Translations under genes and position numbers: made by a program | From: Limisphaerales bacterium | Lineage (GTDB): Bacteria; Verrucomicrobiota; Verrucomicrobiia; Limisphaerales; AAA164-E04 | Direction: 5' to 3' | NCBI GenBank assembly: GCA_965221075.1 | Contig: OZ244865.1 | Span: 2,539,605 to 2,603,604 of the forward strand | Length of the DNA stretch: 64,000 nucleotides | Part shown: piece by piece, positions 45,187-54,000 of the stretch | Layout of the letters: each line of letters starts with the position of its first letter | How positions within the stretch are numbered: position 1 is the stretch's first letter | The notes under the pieces: generated by a model | The model's input: the letters and a program-made list of their open reading frames with translations, nothing else | Databases searched by the model: none | What the model was told of the DNA's origin: nothing

Positions 45187-46644
45187 ATGACCAGCGCCCC
45201 CGTATGGATCAGCCTGGCCGGGGCCCTGGCCTGCTTCCTCCTGCCCGGCCTTGCCGACAAGGCGGCCAGGCGCGTCTCCCTCGCCACCGCCCTCCTGGGC
45301 CTGGCAGCCTCGCTGTGGCTGTTCCTGAGGTACCCTTCCCTGGCCGGCGAACCGGTGCAGTGGGAGCATTCGCTTCCACTGCTGCCCGCCCTGGGCCTCC
45401 ACTGGCGCACCGGGGCGGACGGCATCAGCCTGTCGATGATGGTGCTCACCGGGCTGTCGGCCACCACCGCCGTTCTCTTCTCCTGGAACATCGCCAGAAG
45501 GGTCCGGGAGTACCACGCCCTGGCGCTGCTCCTGGTGGCGGCCGTTTACGGGGTGTTCGTCAGCCAGGACCTGCTCCTGCTGTTCCTCTTCTACGAGCTG
45601 GCGGTGATCCCCAAGTACTTCCTCATCGTCATCTGGGGATCGACCCGCAAGGACTACGCCGCCATGAAGCTGGCGCTCTACTCCTTCGCCGGAGGCACCC
45701 TGGTGCTGATCGGCCTGTTGTGCGCCTGGGCCGAGGCCGGAGGGGAGGCCTTCGGTTTGCGGGAGCTCCAGGAGCACTCCTTCCCCATAGCGTTCCAGAA
45801 ATGGGCCTTTCCGGTGGCCTTCCTTGGATTCGCGGTCCTGGCCGGCATCTGGCCCCTGCACACCTGGGCCCCGGTCGGCCATGTGGCCGCCCCCACCGGC
45901 GCCTCCATGCTATTGGCCGGGGTGGTAATGAAGCTGGGGGCCTACGGGGCGCTGCGCTTCCCCATGGCCCTGTTCCCCGACGGCTGGGAGGCGTGGCGGA
46001 TCTGGGTGGCCCTGCTGGGGGCCATCGGCATCCTCTACGGCGCTCTCGCCGCCCTGGCCCAGAGGGACTTCAAGTTCGTGATCGGCTATTCCAGCATCAG
46101 CCACATGGGCTTCGTGCTGCTGGGATTCGCCACCCGGGAGGAATGGGGCCTCTCGGGAGCGGTCCTGCAAATGTTCTCCCACGGCCTCCTCGCCTGCCTG
46201 CTCTTCGCGGTGGTGGGGCGGATGATCCACGCCAGGACCGGCACTCGCGACCTCTCGGAGCTGGGCGCTTGGAGGCTCTCCCGCCAGCTGCCCCTGGCCA
46301 TGGCGGCCTTCGTGGTGGGGGGCCTGGGAGCCATCGGAATGCCCGGCCTGAGCGGCTTCGTCGCCGAGCTGCACGTCCTGGTGGGGACCTGGAAGGCCTT
46401 CCCCCTCCTGCTGATCCCCGCGGTCCTGGGGATCCTGGTGGGGGCCGGCTACACCCTCTCCGCCTACCAGAGCGCCTTCGCTGCCCGACAGGGGCCGCCC
46501 CGGGACGGTCTGCCCCCCCTCACCCTTCCCGAGAAGGCTGGGGCCCTGGCCCTGATGGCGGCCACCCTGCTGGCCGGCCTGTTCCCGGGCCTGCTCCTGG
46601 ACCGGATCCTCCCGGCGATGGATCTCTGGATCCCGGGTAGATGA
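45187..46644 (+). CDS. nuoM: NADH-quinone oxidoreductase subunit M (complex I antiporter-like subunit)
   Basis: 485 aa, polytopic. YELAVIPKYFLIVIWG, HTWAPVGHVAAPTGASMLLAG, SSISHMGFVLLG. Confidence 0.85.
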   Translation: MTSAPVWISLAGALACFLLPGLADKAARRVSLATALLGLAASLWLFLRYPSLAGEPVQWEHSLPLLPALGLHWRTGADGISLSMMVLTGLSATTAVLFSWNIARRVREYHALALLLVAAVYGVFVSQDLLLLFLFYELAVIPKYFLIVIWGSTRKDYAAMKLALYSFAGGTLVLIGLLCAWAEAGGEAFGLRELQEHSFPIAFQKWAFPVAFLGFAVLAGIWPLHTWAPVGHVAAPTGASMLLAGVVMKLGAYGALRFPMALFPDGWEAWRIWVALLGAIGILYGALAALAQRDFKFVIGYSSISHMGFVLLGFATREEWGLSGAVLQMFSHGLLACLLFAVVGRMIHARTGTRDLSELGAWRLSRQLPLAMAAFVVGGLGAIGMPGLSGFVAELHVLVGTWKAFPLLLIPAVLGILVGAGYTLSAYQSAFAARQGPPRDGLPPLTLPEKAGALALMAATLLAGLFPGLLLDRILPAMDLWIPGR

Positions 46645-48077
46645 TGGAGGTCCCCTACGCCGACATCCTCCGCCTGCTGCTGCCCGAGACGATCCTGGTG
46701 GCGGCGGGGCTGGTGGCGCTGGGGCTGGATCTGTCCCTTCCCGCACGGATATCCCCCGGGCTTCGTCGGGGATGCCTTCCGGCCATGGCCCTGCTGGGAT
46801 GCGCCGTGGCGGCCCTCCTGGTCCCGGGAACGCCGGACGCTCCCCAGGAGGCGGCCCGTTGGATCAACCCCGTAGGCGCGTCCGTCTGGGTGCGCCTGGG
46901 CCTCCTCGTTCTGGGAATGGCCGCCCTGGCCCTGTTCTGGCAGGCGGGCCTCCCCCGCCACGCCGGGGAGGCCTGCTTCCTGCTGCTGGCGGCTCTGGCG
47001 GGCCTGCTGCTGATGGCCTCCGCGCAGAACCTGCTCCTGGCCTTCCTGGCCCTGGAGCTCTCCGCCCTCTGCCTCTACGCCCTGGTCGCCCTGGACCGCA
47101 GGGCCGCATGGTCGGCCGAGGGGGCCCTGAAGTACTTCCTGCCCGGAGGGGTGGCCGCCGCCTTCACCCTGTTCGGCCTGAGCCTCCTCTACGGATCGGG
47201 AGGAAGCCTGGCCATCAGCGATCTCTCCTCCCTCGACGGCTCCCCCCTGGTCCTGGCCGGTGCGGTCTTCCTGGCGGTGGGATTCGGCTTCAAGGCGGCG
47301 CTGGTCCCGATGCACTCCTGGGCGCCCGACGTCTACCAGTCGGCCTTCGCCCCGGTGGCGGGCTTCGTCGCCTCGGCCTCCAAGCTGGCCGGCTTCCACC
47401 TGTTCGCCCGGATCTGGCTCGAGGGGCTCGATTCCCCGGGCGGGGGGACGGGCTGGAACGAGATCCTGGTCCTGCTCTCGGCGCTCTCGCTGCTGGCGGG
47501 CAACCTGGCGGCCCTGGCGCAGGCACGCCTGCGCCCCCTGCTGGCCTGGTCGGCCATCGCCCACTCCGGCTACATCGCCTTCGGCGTGCTGGCCGCCGAT
47601 CCGCTGGGCCAAGCGGCCATGCTCTACCACCTCCTGACCTACGGCCCGGCCGTCCTGGGTCTCTTCGCCCTGGTCCACCTGGTGGAGACGGAGAGAGGCT
47701 CCGACCACTTCAGCAGCCTGCACCGCCTCCACCGGCGCCACCCGCTGGAGGCCCTCTGCCTGGCGATCTTCCTGCTCTCGCTGGCGGGCATACCCCCCAT
47801 GGCCGGCTTCCTGGGGAAGGTGGGCCTGTTCGCGTCCCTGCTCCGCTCCCCCCAGGCGGTGCACACGGCTCTGGCGGTAGGCGGCATCCTCCTTTCGACC
47901 CTCTCGCTCTACTACTACCTGCGGGTCCTCGGGCACGCCTACGCGGAGGAAGGCGGGGAGGAGCCGTCCTCCCCCGCCCCTCTCCCGCTGCGCATCCTGA
48001 TCCGCTCTCTGGCCGCCACGGTCCTGCTCTTCGGCTGCTTCCCCCAGATCCTATGGTACCGGCTCCATGCCGGGTGA
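46641..48077 (+). CDS. nuoN: NADH-quinone oxidoreductase subunit N
   Basis: 478 aa. LLPETILVAAGLVALGLDL, ALKYFLPGGVAAAFTLFG, HSWAPDVYQSAFAPVAGF, WSAIAHSGYIAFG. ATGA overlap with nuoM. Confidence 0.85.
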   Translation: MMEVPYADILRLLLPETILVAAGLVALGLDLSLPARISPGLRRGCLPAMALLGCAVAALLVPGTPDAPQEAARWINPVGASVWVRLGLLVLGMAALALFWQAGLPRHAGEACFLLLAALAGLLLMASAQNLLLAFLALELSALCLYALVALDRRAAWSAEGALKYFLPGGVAAAFTLFGLSLLYGSGGSLAISDLSSLDGSPLVLAGAVFLAVGFGFKAALVPMHSWAPDVYQSAFAPVAGFVASASKLAGFHLFARIWLEGLDSPGGGTGWNEILVLLSALSLLAGNLAALAQARLRPLLAWSAIAHSGYIAFGVLAADPLGQAAMLYHLLTYGPAVLGLFALVHLVETERGSDHFSSLHRLHRRHPLEALCLAIFLLSLAGIPPMAGFLGKVGLFASLLRSPQAVHTALAVGGILLSTLSLYYYLRVLGHAYAEEGGEEPSSPAPLPLRILIRSLAATVLLFGCFPQILWYRLHAG

Positions 48078-48284
48078 TCCGCACCGCACAAGCCCATGCA
48101 TCCCATCCTGGCCCATCACTCAGGCCCGCACATCGCCGAGGCCCTTCTGATCCTCCTCTTCTGCGTCCTGCTCGCCCTCGGGATCCGGGGGCGCAGACGC
48201 CGGCCGGGCCCGCGCTGACACCCTGCCCGCCACCGGTCCCCGTCCCTCCGGACCATGCCATCGGAGCGGACTGGATCGCCTCCT

Positions 48285-48321
48285 CCCATCGGACCGGGCA
48301 GGCGCTGCCCGGTCCGATGGG
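48285..48321. repeat. perfect 17-bp-stem hairpin in a GC-rich non-coding gap
   Basis: CCCATCGGACCGGGCAG-gcg-CTGCCCGGTCCGATGGG. No T-run on either side. Confidence 0.9.
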
Positions 48322-48905
48322 AGAGCCTGCCGCCAGACTCCAGAAGGCCTGGGCCCGCCCTCCTGCGCTCTGCCCTGTCGCGCTTCGAGATCCGTCGGCA
48401 ATCGGGGAGCACGGCGCCGCAACCGAAGAATGCGGCTGCGGCGTTCGCAGTCCGGAACCGTGCCGGCAACGGACGTGAATCTGCCATGCCTCGAATCCCG
48501 GCACGCAACCCGCAGGCTCCCGGCTTCGCCTGCAGGCGTTTCTCCGCTTCGCCGGACTGGACCGGGGTCCGGCGCATCCAATCGCGTCGGCTGATCCGCC
48601 CTCCGCCTTCTTCCCGCTTGCAGAGAGCCGCCGGTTCTCCGGGCCCGGACTCGGGAATCGAGGATTCCCCTGCCCGGCGACGGACCGCCCGTGCAGGCGA
48701 TCCGCCGGAGACAGCCGGGCATGGCTCGCGCCGCAGGCTGCGGAGACGGGCGGTTCCGTCCCCGCCCGTAACGATCCGGGAAGGCAGTCCGAAACGGCGA
48801 TGAAGCCGGGCAGCCGCCCTCCCGCCGGCATGCCCGGCATCCGGACCGCCCTGGAATGGCCTTGCCGCCGGCGGCGCCTCGCCGGTAGCTTGGTGCAGCT
48901 GCGCG

Positions 48906-49661
48906 ATGGCTGCGATCGGACGCTTCCAGAAGGGGGACAAGACCTTCTACGCCAAGGTGGTCGAAGGCGGGATCTACCCGCTCAAGGGGGACGTCTTCGG
49001 CTCCCCCTCCTACCAGAGGGAGCCCCTGGCGCCCAGGGGGATACGCACCCTGGTGCCCTTCGTCCCCTCCAAGCTGATCGCGGTGGGGCTCAACTACGAG
49101 GACCACGCCCTGGAGTCGGGCGCCGCCCTCCCCCGGGAGCCGCTCTTCTGGCTGAAGGCCCCCACCTCGCTGCTCAGCGACGGAGGCCGCATCGAGGTGC
49201 CCTACCCCGGCCACCGGACCGACTACGAGGCCGAGCTGGCCGTGATCATCGGGCGCAAGTGCCGCAACGTGGCCCGGGAGGCCGCCTCGCGCTACATTCT
49301 GGGCTACACCGCCGCCCAGGACATCAGCGACCGGACGATCCAGAAGTCCGAGAGCCAGTGGGCCCGGGCCAAGTCCTTCGACACCTTCACCCCGCTGGGG
49401 CCCCATGTGGAGACCAAGATCGATCCCCGGGAGCTGACCATCCAGCTCTTCCAGAACGGCCAGCTGCGCCAGAACTCCCAGACCGGCCGCATGATCTTCG
49501 ACTGCTTCGAGCTGGTCAGCTTCATCTCCACCCACCTCACCCTCCTGCCCGGCGACGTGATCCTCACCGGAACCCCCAGCGGGGTGGGCCCCATCTCCTC
49601 CGGCGACCAGCTCGAGGTCCGCATCCAGGGGATGGCCCCGCTGCGCAACACGGTCAAGTAG
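48906..49661 (+). CDS. fumarylacetoacetate hydrolase (FAH) family protein
   Basis: 251 aa. KLIAVGLNYEDHA, DYEAELAVIIG, AKSFDTFTPLGP, PGDVILTGTPSGVG. Confidence 0.88.
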   Translation: MAAIGRFQKGDKTFYAKVVEGGIYPLKGDVFGSPSYQREPLAPRGIRTLVPFVPSKLIAVGLNYEDHALESGAALPREPLFWLKAPTSLLSDGGRIEVPYPGHRTDYEAELAVIIGRKCRNVAREAASRYILGYTAAQDISDRTIQKSESQWARAKSFDTFTPLGPHVETKIDPRELTIQLFQNGQLRQNSQTGRMIFDCFELVSFISTHLTLLPGDVILTGTPSGVGPISSGDQLEVRIQGMAPLRNTVK

Positions 49662-49675
49662 CCCACCCTCCGGCG

Positions 49676-51400
49676 ATGCGCTGGACCCGGACCCTCATCC
49701 CCACCCTCAAGGAGACCCCCGCCGAGGCCGAGATCCTCTCCCACCGCCTGCTGCTGCGGGCGGGACTGGTCCGCAGGCTGGCCGGAGGGCTCTACACCTT
49801 CCTTCCCCTGGGGATGCGGATCCTGCGCCGGATCGAGGACATCGTGCGCCAGGAAATGGACCGGGCCGGGGCCCAGGAGGTGCTCATGCCGGCCTTGCAG
49901 CCGCCCGAGATCTGGAAGCGCAGCGGCCGCTACGAGAGCGCCGCCCATGTGCTCTTCAAGGCCAGCGACCACCAGAAGCGGGAGTGGATCCTGGGCCCCA
50001 CGCACGAGGAGGTGGTCACCACCCTGGCGGCCTCGGAGATCCATTCCTGGCGCAGCCTTCCCCTCAACCTCTACCAGATCCAGACCAAGTTCCGCGACGA
50101 GATCCGGCCCCGCTTCGGCCTGATGCGGGCCCGGGAGTTCGTCATGAAGGACGCCTACAGCTTCGACGTTTCGGCCGAGGCCGCCCGGGCCAGCTACCAG
50201 GCCATGTACCAGGCCTACGCCCGCATCTTCCGGCGAGTCGGCCTCGACGCGGTGGCGGTCCAGGCCGACTCGGGGGTGATGGGCGGCCAGGAGTCCCACG
50301 AGTACATGGCCCCCTCGGAGACCGGGGAGAACGTGATTCTCTACTCCAGCGGCTACGCCGCCAACCGGGACAAGGCCGTCAGCGCCCTGCCCTCCCGGTT
50401 CGAGGGCGGCAGCCCCGGCTCCCCTCCCCCCGCCGAGCCCTTCGAGACCCCCGGCTGCCGCACCATCGAGGACCTGTCCTCGCCTCCCTGGAACGTCCCC
50501 GCCACCGGCCAGATCAAGACCCTGGTCTACATGGCGGACGGGAAGCCCCGCCTGATCCTGCTCAGCGGAGCCGACTCCCTCAACGAGGCCAAGCTGGCCC
50601 GCCAGCTTGGCAGCGCCGACTTCGCCCCCGCGAAGCCGGAGCAGATCCAAAGCCTGCTGGGGGCCTCGCCCGGCAGCCTGGGAGCGGTGGGGGTCGAGGG
50701 GACGGAGATCCTGGCAGACCGCATGCTCAAGGGGGGCTTCGGCCTGGTCACCGGGGCCAACCGCGACGGCTACCACCTGCGCTCGGTGTGGATCGAGCGC
50801 GACATCGAGGTAAACCAGTGGGCCGACCTGCGCGAGGTGCGCGCCGGGGAGCCCTGCCCCGAGACCGGGGAGCCGCTAAAGCAGCGCAACGCGGTCGAGC
50901 TGGGCCACGTCTTCCTCCTGGGGACCAAGTACAGCGAGAGCCTTGGCGCCCACTTCCTCGATCCGCAGGGAAAGCGCAAGCCGATGGTGATGGGCTGCTA
51001 CGGAATCGGCATCACCCGCACCCTCCAGGCCGTGATCGAGCAGAACCACGACGAACAGGGCATCCTGTGGCCGGTCCCGGTGGCCCCCTACATCGTCTGC
51101 CTTACGGTGCTGGACCCCGATCCCGGCTCTGCGGCCATGCGCCAGGCCCTCTCTCTGCACGACGCCCTCCTGGAGGACGGGATCGAGGCGATCCTGGACG
51201 ACCGGGACGAGAGCCCCGGAGTCAAGTTCAAGGACTCGGAGCTGGTGGGCTTCCCCCTGCGCATCACCTTCGGGCCCCGATCCCTGGCCCGCCAGGCTGC
51301 GGAATGGAAGCCCCGCGGGGGCGCCATGGAGGAAGTCCCGCTGGCCCATGTCCGGGAGAGGATCGTCGAATGGGCCGGCTCCCGGAGACGGGGCGGCTAG
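49676..51400 (+). CDS. proS: prolyl-tRNA synthetase (bacterial type with INS editing domain)
   Basis: 574 aa from ATG 49676. SHRLLLRAGLVRRLAGGLYTFLPLG, FRDEIRPRFGLMRAREFVMKDAYSF, GCYGIGITR. Confidence 0.95.
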   Translation: MRWTRTLIPTLKETPAEAEILSHRLLLRAGLVRRLAGGLYTFLPLGMRILRRIEDIVRQEMDRAGAQEVLMPALQPPEIWKRSGRYESAAHVLFKASDHQKREWILGPTHEEVVTTLAASEIHSWRSLPLNLYQIQTKFRDEIRPRFGLMRAREFVMKDAYSFDVSAEAARASYQAMYQAYARIFRRVGLDAVAVQADSGVMGGQESHEYMAPSETGENVILYSSGYAANRDKAVSALPSRFEGGSPGSPPPAEPFETPGCRTIEDLSSPPWNVPATGQIKTLVYMADGKPRLILLSGADSLNEAKLARQLGSADFAPAKPEQIQSLLGASPGSLGAVGVEGTEILADRMLKGGFGLVTGANRDGYHLRSVWIERDIEVNQWADLREVRAGEPCPETGEPLKQRNAVELGHVFLLGTKYSESLGAHFLDPQGKRKPMVMGCYGIGITRTLQAVIEQNHDEQGILWPVPVAPYIVCLTVLDPDPGSAAMRQALSLHDALLEDGIEAILDDRDESPGVKFKDSELVGFPLRITFGPRSLARQAAEWKPRGGAMEEVPLAHVRERIVEWAGSRRRGG

Positions 51401-51774
51401 GCCGCCCTCTCCGTCCGTTGCCCGGATCGGCTCCGGTGCGGGAAGCCGCCGCAGCGCGCCACGAAGACAGGAGTCCTACCCCTGGCGGGAGACGCCCCGA
51501 CCGCTAGCGGCTTCTTCCCGCCGCCAGAGCAGCTCTCTCGACGCGGCACGCCTGAAGCCCTGACGGCAGGAAGCAGGCCATGCCAGTCCATCCTGCCCGG
51601 CAGGTTCAGCTCTGCCGCCGTCCTTCTCAGTCCATGTCGAAGGACCATTCCTGGATTCGAATGGAAGAAGCCAGCCTGGGCTGGTTTGCCAGCAGTTATG
51701 GCAAACCATATTTCTGATCAGCTGCCAACATCTCTAACAACTCGGACTTTTGTCACAGGCACTAAATATAGATT

Positions 51775-52824
51775 CTACCTGTATATTAATGGATCTCCAT
51801 CCTTTAATTGGGATCTATGTTCGGCAATCACAGGAAAACCACGTCCCATGTTGGCGAAATTATCAATCGGTATCTCATTAAATATCCGGAAACTCATCTC
51901 CTCCGCCTCCTCCCTGCTAGGCCTCTGTTCTCCGTGCAAAAACGAGTATTTGGAACCATAGAGAGCAGCCATCATGTATTGCTTTGTCGATTCAGCTCTT
52001 TCTCCCCATGTAACACCTTCGTTGTTCCATATTTCATTTGGATCGCGTAATAAGGCTTGGCTATGCACCAGCAAATCGTCAAACGCCTCTATCACCAGAA
52101 TAGTGTTGTCAGCGTATCCATACTCGTTGATTATGTCATATACCATTTCAAACTCCTCTGTAAATCTTAGCTTGCCGTCGTAGAAAGTCTTTAATTTGGA
52201 ATGATTGGCAACCATGCCCCTTGCCTTCACAGCCGGAAACATTGCGGCCTCGTATTCCGATCTATACTGCTGCATTGCTTCATTGTATGCATCGGCCATA
52301 TCCCCAAATTCAAACAACGTCTTGACTCCGTCGTTTCTAGCGGCATCCATATAATCCACAAAATTTGGCTGCTGTAGCTGTATATCTGGCAGTTCAAACG
52401 CTTCTAGAGAAAAGAAAATTGTCGGATGGTGCTTCTTCTCGTACGGGAAATTCTCGATCCATTCCTTTCTACTTTCCAACCATTGCTCTTTTTCGATCTT
52501 CTCATTTCGAATTTCATCAACATATTCTTTGTTATCGCGCAGCCATTTTTCATCGTCTTCAATTCTTCTTTGGGCCTCTTTATTTTTATCTGCAATGGTT
52601 TTTTTGCGAGACTCTTGCATTGCTTTTAATGCTGCACCTAAAGGATTGGCTGCGCTGTCGGATTCGTCCCTGTTAGTATTTATAGAAATTGCGCCAGAAA
52701 TAATTTTTTTGTCGCTCGATTCCCGTATGCCGTCCGATGCGCTATCATCGTTAACTGGTCTGAAAAAAATAAGAGCAATCCAGATCAAGGCTCCCCCAAA
52801 ACATGCCAGCACTATATACTTCAT
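51775..52824 (-). CDS. hypothetical membrane-anchored protein with charged coiled-coil segment
   Basis: 349-aa ORF in low-GC DNA. N-terminal TM segment MKYIVLACFGGALIWIALIFF and a K/E-rich helix (KNKEAQRRIEDDEKWLRDNKEYVDEIRNEKIEKEQWLESRKEW). No known motif. Confidence 0.7.
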   Translation of the reverse strand: MKYIVLACFGGALIWIALIFFRPVNDDSASDGIRESSDKKIISGAISINTNRDESDSAANPLGAALKAMQESRKKTIADKNKEAQRRIEDDEKWLRDNKEYVDEIRNEKIEKEQWLESRKEWIENFPYEKKHHPTIFFSLEAFELPDIQLQQPNFVDYMDAARNDGVKTLFEFGDMADAYNEAMQQYRSEYEAAMFPAVKARGMVANHSKLKTFYDGKLRFTEEFEMVYDIINEYGYADNTILVIEAFDDLLVHSQALLRDPNEIWNNEGVTWGERAESTKQYMMAALYGSKYSFLHGEQRPSREEAEEMSFRIFNEIPIDNFANMGRGFPVIAEHRSQLKDGDPLIYR

Positions 52825-52863
52825 AACAAAAAAACTTTGAGCATCCTGTCATATTAAACGAAC

Positions 52864-52887
52864 AACATTATGCCTCTACTGAAAAAA
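52864..52887. repeat. solo copy of the 24-nt transposase-remnant terminus seen at 5239-5262
   Basis: ctctactgaaaaaagcgtgggtta versus ctctaccgaaaaacgtgtgggtta: 21 of 24 identical, ungapped, same orientation. Confidence 0.7.
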
Positions 52888-52917
52888 GCGTGGGTTACCG
52901 TCTCTTCCAAGAAACTC

Positions 52918-52931
52918 GGGGGGGGGGGGGG
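52918..52931. repeat. G14 homopolymer tract
   Basis: 14 consecutive G in an otherwise AT-rich intergenic stretch. Confidence 0.95.
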
Positions 52932-53014
52932 ATATGCTCGAAACATTGAGTTCAAGCAACAATGTCTTAATAACCAAACTGAAAACTGCTTGATTACTAC
53001 CTGAGTAGCTACCT

Positions 53015-53358
53015 CTAGTCACGGTTCCTGCTCATGTTTCTTGCAGACCGTATCCGCACGCGCCTTCCAGTGACTACGATGACTGCGACTTCGTCCATGG
53101 CTTGTTCATGGAGCTCGATCAGTGTCTGGATGGCCTCCGCTCTCTCTTCAGGTGTCATACCGACGAGACGCACGATTCAGGGATGCGGAAGTCCCCGTAG
53201 GAAGACGAGTTCCCCAAATCCTTGCCCTCTGTGACGAGCAGCGAATCGTCGATGGCTTGCGGACACTGATCACGCACGGAGAGCACATCGTGCCCGAGCT
53301 CCAGAAGAGCTCTGCGTAACGGCACAGACTCGGCGCATTCGTCGATCAGAAACTTCAC
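53015..53358 (-). pseudogene. DUF5615 (PIN-like toxin partner of DUF433), inactivated
   Basis: MKFLIDECAESVPLRRALLELGHDVLSVRD... is a typical DUF5615 N-terminus. The frame is lost at GATTTGGGG (about 53212-53221) and there is an in-frame TGA at 53177-53179. The conserved C-terminus MTPEERAEAIQTLIELHEQAMDEVAVIVVTGRRVRIRS is readable in a third frame. Confidence 0.7.
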
Positions 53359-53612
53359 GAAGTCTCTCGAACGTCGATGCGGTCATGGACTTGCTCGCCG
53401 ACCAACAGGCGATGGGCGAAGAGCAGGCATGCCTGGACATCCCCCGGTTCGAGGAACGGGTAGTGCTCAAGCAGGTCCTCGACTGTCTCTCCAGCCGCGA
53501 GATTGCCCAAAACATGCTCCACGGCTATCCGCATGCCTCGGATGATCGGCTTTCCGCCGAAGATGTCGGCTCGGAACGTGATGCGGTCGAGCAGCTCATC
53601 CTCTTGAGTCAT
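53355..53612 (-). CDS. DUF433 antitoxin-like protein
   Basis: 85 aa from ATG 53612 (GGAGGAG 6 nt upstream; the track start GTG 53663 is less likely). FGGKPIIRGMRIAVEHVLGNLAAGETVEDLLEHYPFLEPGDVQACLLFA is the DUF433 signature. Confidence 0.8.
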   Translation of the reverse strand: MTQEDELLDRITFRADIFGGKPIIRGMRIAVEHVLGNLAAGETVEDLLEHYPFLEPGDVQACLLFAHRLLVGEQVHDRIDVRETS

Positions 53613-53663
53613 GGGATTCTCCTCCGCTTTCTCCGTCGTCAGTTCGAGTTTCCGTGAGGTCAC

Positions 53664-53919
53664 CGGAACCTGTCAATGACATTGAGACACTTGATCCGTC
53701 AATCGATTGAGCATTTCTACGCATCGACAGGGTTGTCACAGTGCTGGCTGACGACGCAGCTCCTAGCCAGGTGCGGAGGGCCGGGACAACTTAGGGAAGG
53801 GAAATAGGAATTGAACACATGGCGCAGGCTGTCTGTGGCTATGGAGCCGAGTTGCCATGGCTAGTGCCAGCCACGGCTGTCTGGACAGCACAAACCCACA
53901 AGTTATTCAGTAGAGGCTG
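53664..53919 (+). repeat. conserved non-coding element, copy 2
   Basis: Aligns to 11292-11584 throughout, minus the 32-bp hairpin segment and plus 1 nt at ccatgg. Twin palindromes at 53673-53685 and 53699-53710. Confidence 0.85.
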
Positions 53920-54000
53920 CCAAATCTGCCTCGCTCATCGCTCGCAGAATACAGGGTGGGCAGGTGTCTCGCCATCATTGGCCGAGACGGTTCCGGCATT

